64,000 bases of DNA from Chlorokybus atmophyticus. Taxonomy: Eukaryota > Plantae > Mesostigma and Chlorokybus algae. Below the pieces are notes generated by a model, which made no database searches, had not been told where the DNA came from, and saw only the letters and a program-made list of their open reading frames with translations. This document shows, piece by piece, positions 1-13,300 of this stretch; positions within the stretch are counted from its first letter, which is position 1, and each line of letters opens with the position of its first letter. The stretch spans positions 357,859 to 421,858 of the forward strand of contig RHPI01003599.1 in NCBI GenBank assembly GCA_009103225.1, read 5' to 3'. A program made the translations under genes and the position numbers.

Positions 1-624
1 GTCTTCGCTCGGGCTCGTCTCTCATGCACGTACGCATAACTCAGCTCGCACAATGCAATGACATGTGCACCTGTTCATGAGCAGGTGTCGGCACCTTTGG
101 AGCTGCTTGCAACCGCCGAGCGCTTTTCAATGCCCTGCCTCAAGCAGAGCTGCTGACAACTGGTATGCATGCACGCGTTGTGGATCTGTCCGGCAATATG
201 CTTCTCAAAAGAACCAAGACTTGGTCCACCGTGATACGCATGGTGGTCCACACAGTTCGGTGCTGCTTCGTCTTGTCAGCTTGCTACTATCCCGAAATGT
301 GGGTATCGTGCGCATGGCCCCATCTGCTTGAATACGATCAACAAGTGGCTGCAGATGTGCCTGCCTGAATGGCATAGCATGTATTCTACACATGTCGGCG
401 CGCATCAACTTGTGCATCATCATGTCGTTGCAGGCCAGAAACAACGTGATGGCGCTGGCTGGGATCATGCTGCCATCATTGAACATGTCTGGTGCTGCTG
501 CCCTCGTGCACGCACGCGTCAGCTTGAGTCACAGGTGTGTGTGCACACCAAAACAGATGACATCTTGTCAAACCACTCGCAGTTACGCTCCTGAAAACCT
601 CGGCATGGTTTTGTTGATGGCAGC

Positions 625-2161
625 ATGCCTTCACCCCGCAACAAAAGTGGCGGTCGGTTGCCATTCAGGGCAGTGCAGCGCAGGCTTTGGCACCTACCAT
701 CTGCACCCGCCCCATCTCGAGAACATTGGAGTGTAGTGGTGAGAACATATGCATCGTCGCCGCAACGCAGGTATGTGAGCTACCGTTTGTTATCTTCATG
801 TTGGTAGCAGCGAGTGCATCTTCAACAAAAGGCGTGCGGCTGCAGGGGTGCACAAGTGGTGTTATGGGTCAAGCGGCAGTGGCCCCCGCGTCCCGTTCAG
901 CCCGCTGTTAAGATTGCTGTCTTTGACTATGAGACGGTCACCGATGTCTGCGCCACTGCTAAGAAAGGGCATGCTTTGGACAAGTACGATGAAATATTGC
1001 TCGAGGTATGTACCAGTTTTCCTTGCATGCGATGGTCAAAATTTCAGCATTCGTGCTGCCAGGCCTATGACGATCAGGAGAAACTGTTGCTGCACACAAC
1101 AGTGGTTCAAGAGCTCCTGGAGCGAGGTTAGCAGGGCATGCGCATGTGAGACATGCACACCTTGTGCGTCAGCTTCAGCTTCAGATGTTGGTTTGCATGC
1201 AGGTTTGGGCAGAGAGGATCGTCCACTGCTGATCAAGGGCCCGGAGACTCCCATGAAAGCAGTGCGAATCTGGGACGAACGGTGGGGACTGCGTCTGGTC
1301 TTGATGTTTTCGCAGGACGACTTGGATAGATATCTTGACGTGCAAGGGTGGGTTGGGTTGATAGACTTGGATACAGTCGACCCGCCCACCGTGGAGACTG
1401 ATTTCGACATGTTGGAGCCTACCAAAACCTACAGCGGCGCGAATTTTGGCTCTGAACCGCTGCTTGGTGCGCAGCGAGTGCAGCAGCACGTGTATTACAC
1501 ACGAGGGAAGCGACGCGCACCCGCAACAGCTGTGCATGCGGGAATTGCACGTCTGGCGCGCGTCACACAAGCCACCATTGTTGGAGACAAGGTTGCCTAC
1601 CGTGCTATCCTTCGCAGAGGCGGTTTACGGTTGGCAGAATACGACGGACTTGCCTTACTTGAGAGATTTGTACACCCTCGTTTCAGTCATGTCTCTGCCG
1701 CTCTCGTCGCCTACGAGGAGAACCGTGACTATGGCGGAGGACAAGATCTAGTTGAGTTCTACACGAACATCGCTGTACGCAATGAGCAACTCCGGCTGCC
1801 TCCCGAAGTTCAGTTTACAACAGTAAGTCTCTTGATTGTCAACTCTGAGTGTGTCTGCATGGTTCTCAGTATACTAAAGCTTTTGGGCTATGACAACTTA
1901 TTTGTTACAGGAGGACAAGGATGCGCACTATGATGCGGAACATGTTGTACGTAGTGCGATCGAGCGTGGTGCACATGTTGGTGAGTTGTGATGTGCCTTG
2001 CGGTTGCATGAGTTGTGCGTGCTACAAATCGATGAGTTACCTTTGTCACAGTGCCATGCTTTGGAGCGCCATGGCTGCACCCAGACATTGTGAAGAAGCG
2101 CATGCATAAGGATCTTGGAATGCTTATCTCTACGGTTTCTGCTGAGACCCCAGTATTGTGA
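625..2161 (+). CDS. Hypothetical 6-exon protein: presequence-like N-terminus, Crinkler-type ubiquitin-like header and putative PD-(D/E)XK nuclease-fold C-terminus
   Basis: Exons 625-770, 846-1005, 1063-1126, 1203-1822, 1911-1980 and 2052-2161 join in phase through GT-AG introns into one open frame ending ...VSAETPVL*. VVLWVKR...VKIAVFDYETVTDV resembles CR/Crinkler Ubl headers. LAEYDGLALL...VAYEEN...HVVPCFGAPW resembles a restriction-endonuclease fold. The family assignment is by eye. Confidence 0.55.
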
Positions 2162-4125
2162 GGTTGCTTTCACCAGCTGGGTCCTTACATGTGCCTGTTG
2201 GCTTTGGCTCTTACTGAATGTTGTCATGTAAGAGTGGCTGAGCTGGACACATGCAATGTGCTGTACGTCTCTGGTGAAGATTGGGTTCGTGTGCATTGTG
2301 CACTCATTGCATGGATGTGAAGCACATCAAACATTCATGCCCGCTGGAAAGACTGCAAAGGTTGCAGACGCATAGCGTGGACAGCCCCGCTAGCATGTGC
2401 GCACGCGCAAGGGCTAGCGGGCGCAGGGAGTGGGTGGCTGTCGACCATTGTGACTATTGCTGCTGTAGATGTGAACTAATGACACGTTGTGCGTGTGAGG
2501 TAGCTGCGTGTGCATGCAGGCATGCCCAATACTCTGATGGTCGGGCAGTTCGAGAAGCAAGAAGACACGTACTCCACGCAAGCCTCTATGCTTTAAGATG
2601 GTCAAACTCCTCCGTGATGACTCTCCACAACAGCTCGGCTTTGAATCCAGTCATCGCACCAGCAGCTGCCCCTATATATACGCCGCTGCACAAAACATCC
2701 ATGGGTTTGTGTTGTTGTTAACATTGTTGTTGTTATGTTTTTGTCGTGGTGCTGTTAGTACCGAATGTGTGTACACCCATCGACAAATACAAAGGCAAAC
2801 TCACGTTCTTTGCTGGAAGAGGCGTCGTCTCATCTTCCAGACCATCGGGTTGGCGACACCGTATCTGTGCATAGCGCTGACGCGCCTCATTCTTTGCTGC
2901 TTCAGCTGCGGCAATCGCTGGATCTGGAGTATAAGTCGAGAGTCAAAGGGCATGTCATGAGGCCGATTAGACGTACTACAACGTGTAACAAACATACACA
3001 ATGCACCTTGGATCGGCCGCTCACATGTGCTGCCTTTGTGAATGAAGGGAATGGCAGCTCAGGCGGTGGCGGCCGCTGTCTGTGGCGGTACAGGTTTCTG
3101 CACCTGGTAAGCAGTAGGAACGATTGTAACTATCAGGCCATCTGCCAAGTGAGAATGCAGATGATGCATGCACAGGTATGTCATGCAAGTCAGACGCCGT
3201 ACACGCGGTGCATTGTTGAGAGTGCAGGCAGCGACTGTACTGTATGCACCATGCATGACAACTGTGCCATAAGCATGTCACATGACAGTACAAAAGCTGA
3301 CTTGCGTTGAGGGTTTGTCCGCATGAAACAGTAGCCCGTTTGGGCGGGTAATGACACACGTGTGCATGTACATGCATGTCTAACGGGGAAGGCTAGTAGG
3401 TGTAGCGTAGTGCAGTAGACTGGCTCGGTGGTGACAACGTTGAGATGCATACTAGTGCATGCAATGCTTGCGTGATGTGCATGTTGCATGCATGTGCACA
3501 ACAGCACGTCATTTATTCTGTACACTTGCAATCACTTTGTCAGCTGCATTACCTAGTGACATCAAACCACAAATCACCAAGCCAGTAGGTAACAGCTTCT
3601 AGGTAATAACCTGACACTAACGTGCTTCTTGTGTTATTCATGCACTCTGAGAAGCAGTTCTTAGTCCATGGCAACTGTAGGTGCGTGTAGCCTTTGGGCG
3701 CCACAGTGTGTTGCATGCAGCATATGAAGCATAATATCATTTGTACACACCTATGATGCATATTTAACGTCTCTGCAGCCAGCCTGATCTGAACCACCTA
3801 ACCACCATGTCTAATAGGAGGCGTGTTCATGCGAGTGAATGGTCGTCCTTAGCATGAGACTTGCTAAAGCGTACCATAATCACCTTGATATCCTCCCAAA
3901 CAACCAACATTGCCCCCACAATGCATTTGCTAAGGAGCTGTATTTGGGGATTCACAGCAGTTGTATGTGGTGTATAATGGTCTTGATATGTGCAGGTATG
4001 TGAGCTTGAAATCATTTCGTTCACATGACACCATGAGGTTGTCCTTGTGACATGCAATAAGCTTGCTGTGCAAACAGGCCGCGCCCACACGTCCCAGAGC
4101 AGCTTCTTATCACAGCACAAACGCT

Positions 4126-6840
4126 TCAACCCACTATCCTGAACACTCTGGCAGTCCCGTCATCTGACGTTGATACCACCATGGAAGCATCCCTGCCACA
4201 CAACTCCACAATCAACGCCACCAACCATCATGCGTAAGCGAAACAGTTGAACACTCTGTGGCACAGCGCTTACCCGACAAAGGCGATGTCAAGAATGTGG
4301 TCCCGATGCCCGCTGAGCGTGCGCTCGCACGCGCCGGTGCGCGCATCCCACACACGCACCGCCCCGTCCAGGCAGCCTGTGATAAGCAGCGGGCTCGTTG
4401 GATGCCACAACACCTTCACCACGCCATACTGCACACAGTATACCAAACCACATTAAATACGACTGCAGGACTTACAAGTCTACAAGAGTGGTCAAAAGAC
4501 GACAACAACTTGACTTGACTTCTAGTGGTCAGTGCTCCGACACAACTTACTTGATGAGCGCATGTGCCACGCTCCTCCATGGAAGTCAAATCCCAAAGGA
4601 TTACCCTCCCATCTAGCGAACCAGATGCCAGCATTGGCAGGCTGCGAATAGTAATTATGGTTAGTACTAACCATGTAGGCAATGCATGGTTCCAAACAGA
4701 TGACTTATGTGCTCACCTTTTGCACAGACCAACAGTCTCAACTGAATCCGTGTGAGCCATAAACATGCCCACAACCTGCCGACATACGAACACAATGTCA
4801 ACAATGCAACTGACAACCCCCGGCACGCAATGGCTTGTTCTTGTAGGGACATGCTGCTTGCCTTTCCGGCTTGCACGTTTGTTAGACATGCCGTGCCGTC
4901 CTCTGAACCGGTTGCTGCGATGGAGTTGTCAAGGGCGATGTCCATCGACGTGAGCGCCTCAGAGTGAAACATGTGCCCTGAAGTATACCAAACATGGATC
5001 AGTAACAAGTTTGTTACAAATCCAATCACATGACGTAACATCAGCAGCCCCTTGCCTTTTATTGTATGCGTGCACGCGCCGCTGCGAGGGTCCCAAAGCT
5101 TCATCGAAGCGTCTTGAGACCCGGTGCACACTGCCCTGCCTAGCAGACAACATCAACGCAGCATGAGAATCATGCCCACAGACACACGCGCGCATGCATT
5201 TGCGAAGTTGAGCCAACTTTGACGACAGATATATTACCATCAGGTGTGAAGCCTCCACATGTGACCGAACCGGCATGCCCGGCAAACACCTGCATGCACT
5301 GCCCATCCGGCACATTCCACATCCAAGCGGAGAAGTCTTCACTGCCCGCGAGCAGCACGTTGCCACGCGGGTGCCATTGAAGCCACTGCGGTAGCAAGAC
5401 AGCAAGGTTGACACGATCAAGCCACACGAAACCAACATGCGAGTCGCACCACACTAACACTCAACCAATGCTCCACCTCGCAGGTGCCGTTGGAGCTACC
5501 TTAACACCACGACACATGAACAACAAACGCAACAACCCAACAAGTGTGACACATTACCAACACCACACTAACACCACACCTCAATGCCGCCAGCTGGTCC
5601 TTCCAGTTGCTTCACCCCCTCTCCGTCTTCACTCCTAAACACCTGTACCATCCCCTCCAGTCCCCCCGTCGCCACGTACGTGCCATCTGAGCTGAACGCG
5701 ACGGCCGCAACGGAGTCCGTGTGACCCGCGAGAGCTCTGTGCCCGCCCGAGTGTGTGTGACCGATGCGCCACAGGTACGCGCGGTCGTCGTTGCCGCCGG
5801 TAGAGATGACGTCGGGGAGCTTCGGGTTCGTGGCAACGCAGTAGACCGGCTCTGCGATTGTTGATGCATGAAGATGAGAGTTACATCTCCTTGTGCGACA
5901 ATGCATACATGCACAAGTGATACGTATGTACACATGCAACTACTGTGCATGTGTATGCGCTTATGCATACATGAGTGTTTTGCCCAAGCTTATGCACATG
6001 TCAACATAATCATGCACGTACAGCATGTGAGCAGACGCATCCATGCACCTATAATACATGTATACACGCACAACTGTACGATCTTGCATATGCACACAAC
6101 ATGTGCGTATGCACCTATAATACATGTGTACATGCACAAGCTGTACGCATATGAGCCAAGCTTGTAACATATGATCTAGTTGTAAACATGCATGTGCATG
6201 CAAGTACGCATTCGTGCAGGTGCTGACCCTTGTGCTCAGCGAAGACAAACAGCGCATCGTCAACGTAATCTTCCTCCATCTCTGCTTCGTTTGCGCCGTC
6301 CGCCATCGGCTGCCCTGCTTGTTTGGACACATGGTATTGAGCTGAAGGCAAGTATGTAAGCTCGACACGCTTCTACGAACAACAACAGAGTGTAACTGTT
6401 TAATCACCTGTTGTTGATGGCTGCACCGCATCATCTTGACCGTCATCAAGGTCCTCTGGTGGCTCTGCAAAGCATACACATCAGTACTAACACTGGTTCA
6501 ATATGGTAAATGATCATCCAATCCAAGTGCCTATCTTTGTTTGCTGTACTTCTTGTGTCTATGACATGGACTGGTTTGCATGCATGTGGTAAGATGAGGA
6601 CAAGCTTGCATGTACCGTTGCAAGCGTGGTGTGTTGTGTAAAACTCAGTGTGGTGTTCAGTTGAAGTATCAACACCCTTGTGTGAAGCAGTAACAACATG
6701 AACCTACCTTGGTCATCATCTCCGTCAAAGGTGTACTCCTGCAGCACGTCCCCCTCGTCCACGAACGTCTCCTGGCCCTCCTCCTCCTCCTCCTCCTCAT
6801 CGTCCTCCTGGTAGCGCCGCCCATTGCCGGGATGTTCCAT
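4126..6840 (-). CDS. SQT1: WD40-repeat protein, AAMP/Sqt1 family (uL16 chaperone)
   Basis: Acidic N-terminus (MEHPGNGRRYQEDDEEEE). WD repeats include GHTDSVAAVAFSSDGTYVATGGLEG, WLQWHPRGNVLLAGSEDFSAWMW and GHRDHILDIAF. The last exon reads DASMVVSTSDDGTARVFRIVG* (TGA 4126-4128). Confidence 0.85.
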
Positions 6841-7111
6841 GTTGTTGTTGTGCTATCAAATTACCTGTCAAGCAACAGTCAGTCAGTCAGTCAGTCAAGC
6901 TAGGCTGCATGGCTTAGACGTTGAACATTGAAAGCACCTGGCCAAGAAGCCAACTGTCTCCTACTTGCTGGGCTTGTTTATGCTTGTCGTCGTCAATGTC
7001 CTGTTCGTCGTTGTCGTCGGCGTCCACTCCGCCGCCGCCGCCGCCGCCGACAGGGCCGCCGCAAGGCTGCCGCTGGAAAGCCGAGTGGGCGCTGTCAAGT
7101 AGGCTGTCAGC

Positions 7112-9458
7112 ATGGCGGCGGCGGCGGGGTCGGCGGCGGTGACGGCGGCGGCGGGAGAGGAGACTAGCTCTCCCTCCGCCTCTGCCACAAACCCTCGGGT
7201 GTTCTTTGACATCACCGTTGGAGGCCAGCCAGGTAGGCTTATGCAAAGCATCATGCAGCATTGGGTCCAGCTCAAGGTCGCACTTGCCTCCCTTGCTACT
7301 GTCGCCATGCATGCATGCATGCTGCTTGGCAATAACACAAACAGCAAGAGGAACAACAACAACCACCTACCAATGGCGTCAAGAACAAGCAGCAAATAAT
7401 GCTATGCTATGCGCATGACAGCTGGCAGTGCGTCGTGCTACTCTCGGGTTGTGGAGGAAAACCATGCATGCACTGAGCATTTTGTGTCTGCATGTTGTGT
7501 CTGACTTGTCTTTGTGTCGCAGAGGGCAGAATTACGTTCGAGTTGTTTAGGGATGTGGTGCCGAAGACTGCGGAGAACTTCAGAGCGCTGTGCACTGGTG
7601 CGTACCAACTCATGCGTACATCAAATGTTGGGTACCTCCCAGCTGCTTGCACTGTTGTGCATGAGCGGAGAGAGATTGGCAGTTTATTGGTGCATTTTGC
7701 ACATGCGCGCGCGGTGTTTGTGCGCAAGTGCGTACTGATACTGATACTGATGCTGATACTGATTTGATGTGACAGTAGCGGTGGTGCATGTCTGTGGTAG
7801 TTATGCATGCATATGTGTGTGCATGCTCGCGCGCATGCATGCGCACACACATGCATGCATAACTATCACAGAGTGGGTGTGTGCACACGCATTTGTGTGC
7901 ATATGCGTGCGTGCACCTACAGGCAGGCGCGTGTGTGTGCTCAGCAACTACTCACAGTCACGCACAGATGGTTTTCCATACACGCACACTCACTTGCGCG
8001 CACTTTGTACCAAACTGATAGCTGACAGAGCGAGTACTTACCCGAGAGCACACATGTTCAGACGCATATGTACACATGTGGCATGCCGCCGTATGTGCGC
8101 ATGTGCTTTGCATTTATTACACGCGCCCACGCATGCAGCGTTTGCATACATGCACATGCACATGCGCATACATACATATGTGCACTGTTAATTCGGTCAA
8201 AATTGTTGTATTGCACAGGCGAGCGTGGTGTAGGAGCATCGGGCAAGCCGTTGCACTATAAAGGCTCCCCGTTCCACAGGATTATCAAGGACTTCATGTG
8301 CCAGGTGAGGGTCACCATGTTGCTTGATGAAACACGCAACGCAACTGCAATGCAGATTGACAGCAACTAGCAAACTGCGAACATGTTGCTGTGCTTGTCA
8401 GGGCGGAGACTTCACGAAACAAAACGGGACGGGTGGGGAGTCCATTTATGGAGAAAAGTTTGAAGGCGAGTTCTGAGTGGCTCATAGTAGTAGTAGTTGT
8501 GGTTGTTCATGTAGAGTACAAGTGGCATGTTGGTCGCATAAATTCCTTTAACTCACTCGTGAGTGCTCTCTTGCAGATGAGAACTTCATCCTCAAGCACG
8601 AGCGTCCAGGACTCTTGTCAATGGCCAACGCAGGCCCCAACGCAAACGGATCCCAATTCTTCATCACAACTGTGCCAACACCACATCTGGACGACAAGCA
8701 TGTCGTCTTTGGCAAGGTATCTCATTGGTAACAGCTGTTATGAAGGTGTGTATGTCGGGTTTCAATCCGACCGAAGTGTCCTTTTTCCAAAGGTCTTGAA
8801 AGGTATGGGCTTAGTGAGAGAGATGGAAAATGCTGAGAAAGATGCAAACGATCGGCCGATAAAAGAGATTGTCATTGCTGATTGCGGTGAAATCGGGAGC
8901 GGCGAAGAGGATGGCATGCAAGCTGATGACGGATATCCGGACTGGCCCGAAGACATTGATATCTCCAACAGCAACAAAACAGACGCAGGCTGGTGGCTCG
9001 CAGCTGCAGAGAAGATCAAAGATATCGGCAACACGGCGTTCAAAGCGGGGGACTACAACACTGCTGCGAGGAAATACCAAAAAGCGCAGCGATACATAAA
9101 GCACACGCAAGGATTGGGAGACTTGGACGAATCTCAGTCAACCAGTCTCAAAGCTCTGCGAAGCTCGTGTCTTCTCAACAAAGCCGCGTGCGACCTGAAG
9201 CTCAAGAACTACGAGTCCGTTGTTGATGGATGCAGTGCAGCGCTGGCGTATGAGCCTCAGAGTGCCAAAGCGTTGTTTCGACGAGGTCAGGCGCGTGTGG
9301 CGCTGAAGCAATATGAAGACGCTGTTGAGGACTTGACGAAGGCGGCTGCGCTGGAGCCGAACGATGCGGGGATCAAGAATGAGCTCGCAAAAGTAAAGCG
9401 GGGCGTTGAGGAGGCCAGGAAACGGGAGCGTGCGACTTATGCACGCATGTTTCAGTAA
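7112..9458 (+). CDS. CYP40: Cyclophilin 40 (PPIase domain plus TPR domain)
   Basis: [68 protein letters not shown] and [11 protein letters not shown] are followed by TPR motifs ([13 protein letters not shown]). Six exons; TAA 9456-9458. Confidence 0.95.
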
Positions 9459-10314
9459 TAACGTGGGGTTGGTTGTCCTGTTATATGCTGGTACTGCAGC
9501 AGCTCGCTGCGGCTTGTCAGGCACAGTGACTTGCAATGAATAATGGCTAGTGCGTCATGGTAACGGCGCAGGCCAGTACTTGTTGCTTACCACAGTATGC
9601 ATGTTGCTTACCACAGTATGCATCTTCGTGACTTGATTGGCAAAAATGGCAAGCAAGAGTGTAATCTGGCCAAACCACTGTAATGCGCACTACTGTGTAC
9701 GCGGGTTTACAGGATATGCGCAGTGCTGTTACAGATGCATAGTCACCATGTCTCAACGACAGAAATTGCAACAGTCAGCACACACATGGACATGCAACAG
9801 CAAGACCACCAATGGGCTCTCATATTCTACATGTCTATACTCACTAAACTCACTACCCTACCTACCCACAAGCTGCCCCGTTAGACATGCATACAGCGCT
9901 AGCACCACAGGGCCACAGTCAGCTAGGTTGTGCAGCATGTTTGTAGAGCGCCTTTTGCTAGATTAGATCTGCAAGCACGGATGTGCAGAACTGATGCAGG
10001 TCATTAGCGCAGTCCATGTGTACAAAGATGAGAAGTGCAATGCGTCATCAATGTGTAATCGTACATCAGCGTATGTGCTTCACCTTGGTACATGCAGTGA
10101 ATACAGGTTCTGTGATCCGACCCGACTACAGACACAGCGTCCCCTGCTGTGCTTGGTGCTATCCAAGAAGCCGGTGCAGTGCGAGAACAACATCCATGTA
10201 CAACAAGGCCTGAATCGACTACCCTGCACCTGCACTGGCTTTGCCAAACACCAAACAACCAAGACAATATCTCTGCTACAAACTGAACACTATTTGTCGA
10301 GTGATATCAAGGTG

Positions 10315-13300
10315 TCAGCGCTGGGCTGACATCCTTTCCATCCTTGCTTGCTCTAAGCTGCGAACATTGCGCCATCGCTCCAAGGTGAGGGTGGCTTCAC
10401 CGAAGCTTTGCGCAAGAAGTCGCCCCATCACTAACCACCTGATAGCAGCAAATATGATCAGCAAAGCATACGAGTCACAGGCAGCGCATAACAAACATGC
10501 ATACTAAGCAGCCAAAACCATCACTCTCGAGCGACAAACCTGTGGAATGTGTCCACGCCTATCGAGCTATCCTTCTGTCGCGCTTCAACAATGTCCTGCT
10601 CTATGTGCTGGAATATACAGCACATTTTTCATCAGAATGTATTTCACAATGGCGACAACGCTTGCGTTGCTCTCTTTGCTACCACAATGTACACAGGCAC
10701 TAACTCCAGCGAAAGCAAAGCGCTCTGAGGATCTTCGACGAAGTGCATGGGACGATAATTGCAGAACAACGCACCTGAGTGATGTCGTTATCGAGCTGAT
10801 GCTCAGAATGCCGCACGAGCTGAAGATATAAACGCCAGTCGGTCATGTCCGTCCGTTCTAGCGGTATGTCCGCTTCGCTGTTAGCGCCGCCGCTGCTCGA
10901 TCGCAACGGCAGCATTGCATCAACAGGGAACATGGACTTGCCCTCTGAAAGCACCAGGACTGGGATATCCGGATGCATTGTCAACTTGTAATACTGGAAG
11001 TCATATTCAACCTGTCACAACAAGCTTGTCACGACCCAATCAGTTCAAAGCAAACGCAAGCTCACATTGCACCTTCTGGGATTCAATAAGGTCTTTCAAT
11101 AGCTGCAGATTGGCTACCCCAACAGCTTGCAACGTCCCGGGCATCATGACAGACTCGTCTAGAATAAGGTGCGTGCCATCAGCAAGCTGCACTTGCGTGG
11201 CCAGAAGCCTGCACCAGTCCGACAGGCCTGATCAGAAGAAGTGTTGATGCAATCCGAAGTTGATGAACACTGCACCGCACATGCTAGCTTGCAGCACATG
11301 TTTGACCTGTCCGTCGTGTAGTCCTTTCGTGGCATAAGTGTTGCTGAGTTGAGAAGGCCAAGCGTGAGGGGTATGCGGTGCACACGAGGCGCCAACCCCG
11401 TGACTGCATGGGAGATCGCAAGGGCTGCGTCGCTGCTTGCACCATATAAGTTCAGAGAAAATTTGCCGAGAGGCACCGGATCTGCCCTAGCATACACCTG
11501 CACATGCAAGAGCACAACTCAGTTACCCATAGCATGTGAACACATTGACAGTGGAAAGCACGAGTTTTGCACAAAGCCAACAGAAGAGACCAAGTCCCTC
11601 ATAACCGCATGCATATATCGCTGCCCTTGTCCCTACCCTTGACACTAGGTGCAGGAGCAGATACTCAGCTGCGAGCGAATCACCGCCCAAACTCTTCGTC
11701 AGTTCTACCAATAACCTTGTTCGCAATTCTGGAATACGCTGCATTAACTCCTGCATGCAGTGCCAGAGCTTGGCAACAACTCACCAACAGCAGCAATGCA
11801 ATATCGCACAAGTTGGTCGTGTGCACATGGCTGCATGCGAGCAACAAGAGTCTGAGCTCACCTGAGTTGCTTGGTCATTAAGTGGCATGGCAGGATATGC
11901 GCATGGTAACTTGCGGCACAGTATGCAATGAAGCCGCGGCACCTGTCGCAGTCTTCTGGTGAAAAGACGGCCACAACCCACAGGCAATCGCAGATGATTG
12001 TAATGTACCTTGCTTGCGGGTGGGTTGTGTGCTATCTCCTCTTCTGCTGAAAGCACATCTACATCTACTTGTGTTGACGGGGATGAGGAGTCTGGGTCAA
12101 AGGTCAGCACGCCTACGAACTCCGCAACCTCATTAACGCCCAGCTCCAACTCGTCACCATAACACTGTTACACACATGAACACGATCATGTTGAATGCCT
12201 GAGGCCACTAACGCAGTTGCTACTTGCACACACGACACTGTGTGCACGTGCATAGCTTGAAGGTCATAAGCGTGCATCATAAGTACCTTGACTAAGCATG
12301 GTACACGTTTTTCATCGGATATGGGCAGGTTAAGGTCAAGAAAACTGCTGCTTGCGGCAGGTGCTTCCGCGACTCCGTCTGCTCCTTCACGCTGTCATCA
12401 TCGTCGTCACAATCACCATCACCGTCATCGTTTATTATCATTATGCTTTGGTCAGCATGGTGTTCAACACGCATGCGATGTTCAAGCTCAATCGATCAGC
12501 ACATGCTACAGCAGCCACATGGGTGCCCAATCACACCTGGCGTTTGGGTTCTTCAGCTACAGCTTGGGACTGCTCATCAGCATCCATTGCCTGCAGACCA
12601 CCGAATGCTTGACGTGTGTGTTGCAGTGGCAATACGGCTCAAATTGCTCCTGTGAAGCCTTACAGATGCATCGTCAACTTCATCGCGTGCTCGTTTGCCC
12701 CGCGCAGAAGCTGCCGAGGCAGATGAATCGCCGCGTGTAACACAAGATGCTGAGGCTGTCTGTGCCGCCTCCTCCTGACACCAGGCAGTCTCTGCTGGTA
12801 CCTGAGATTATGATGAAGCAGCCAGCATCACAGGTACTCAATGACATGCATATAGTTGCCACGGGCAGAAGCTGAAAACTGTGTCGAAGCCATACCGGAA
12901 CGCAGTAAAGCAAGCGACGCTCGCGTAGCTGCGTCTCAGCTTCTGGGCTCATGTTAGCAGCGCCTGTGTCAGTGAACATAGCCGGCTGCCAGCTGCTCGC
13001 TCCAGGATTCTGCAACAGGTTTGCATGATGTTGTACAACACCGCGCATTGATTCCCAAAACAGTGCATGCTTACTTTGTATGCAGCCACGTAGAATTGCG
13101 GGTTGAAGATGTCTTGTACCTGCACAATTTATGAGAGGTCGGCATAAGTACAGGCAACGCAAGCTATCCAACTGCATGACAGTCACTACACACGTGCTAA
13201 ACATTACATGCACAGTAGGATGACTCGTCTCGTAGTCATCAGGCTGCACAGCTGATTACCATTCCTCGGTAGCGAACCAGAGTGTTGTGGCGCAGAAGGT

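Noticed and set aside
85-162. Exon-like segment reading VSAPLELLATAERFSMPCLKQSC*QL, similar to the end of a BTB domain
   Set aside because: It has an in-frame stop and no convincing continuation, and the window edge hides the upstream context.
2300-3310. Several splice-site-bounded segments on the + strand
   Set aside because: I could not assemble an open frame or recognise a domain.
6043-6147. ~38-bp intronic duplication (66-bp period); also a 21-bp tandem at ~9583-9624 and (TTATATC)n at ~24916-24943
   Set aside because: Ordinary slippage repeats with no further structure.
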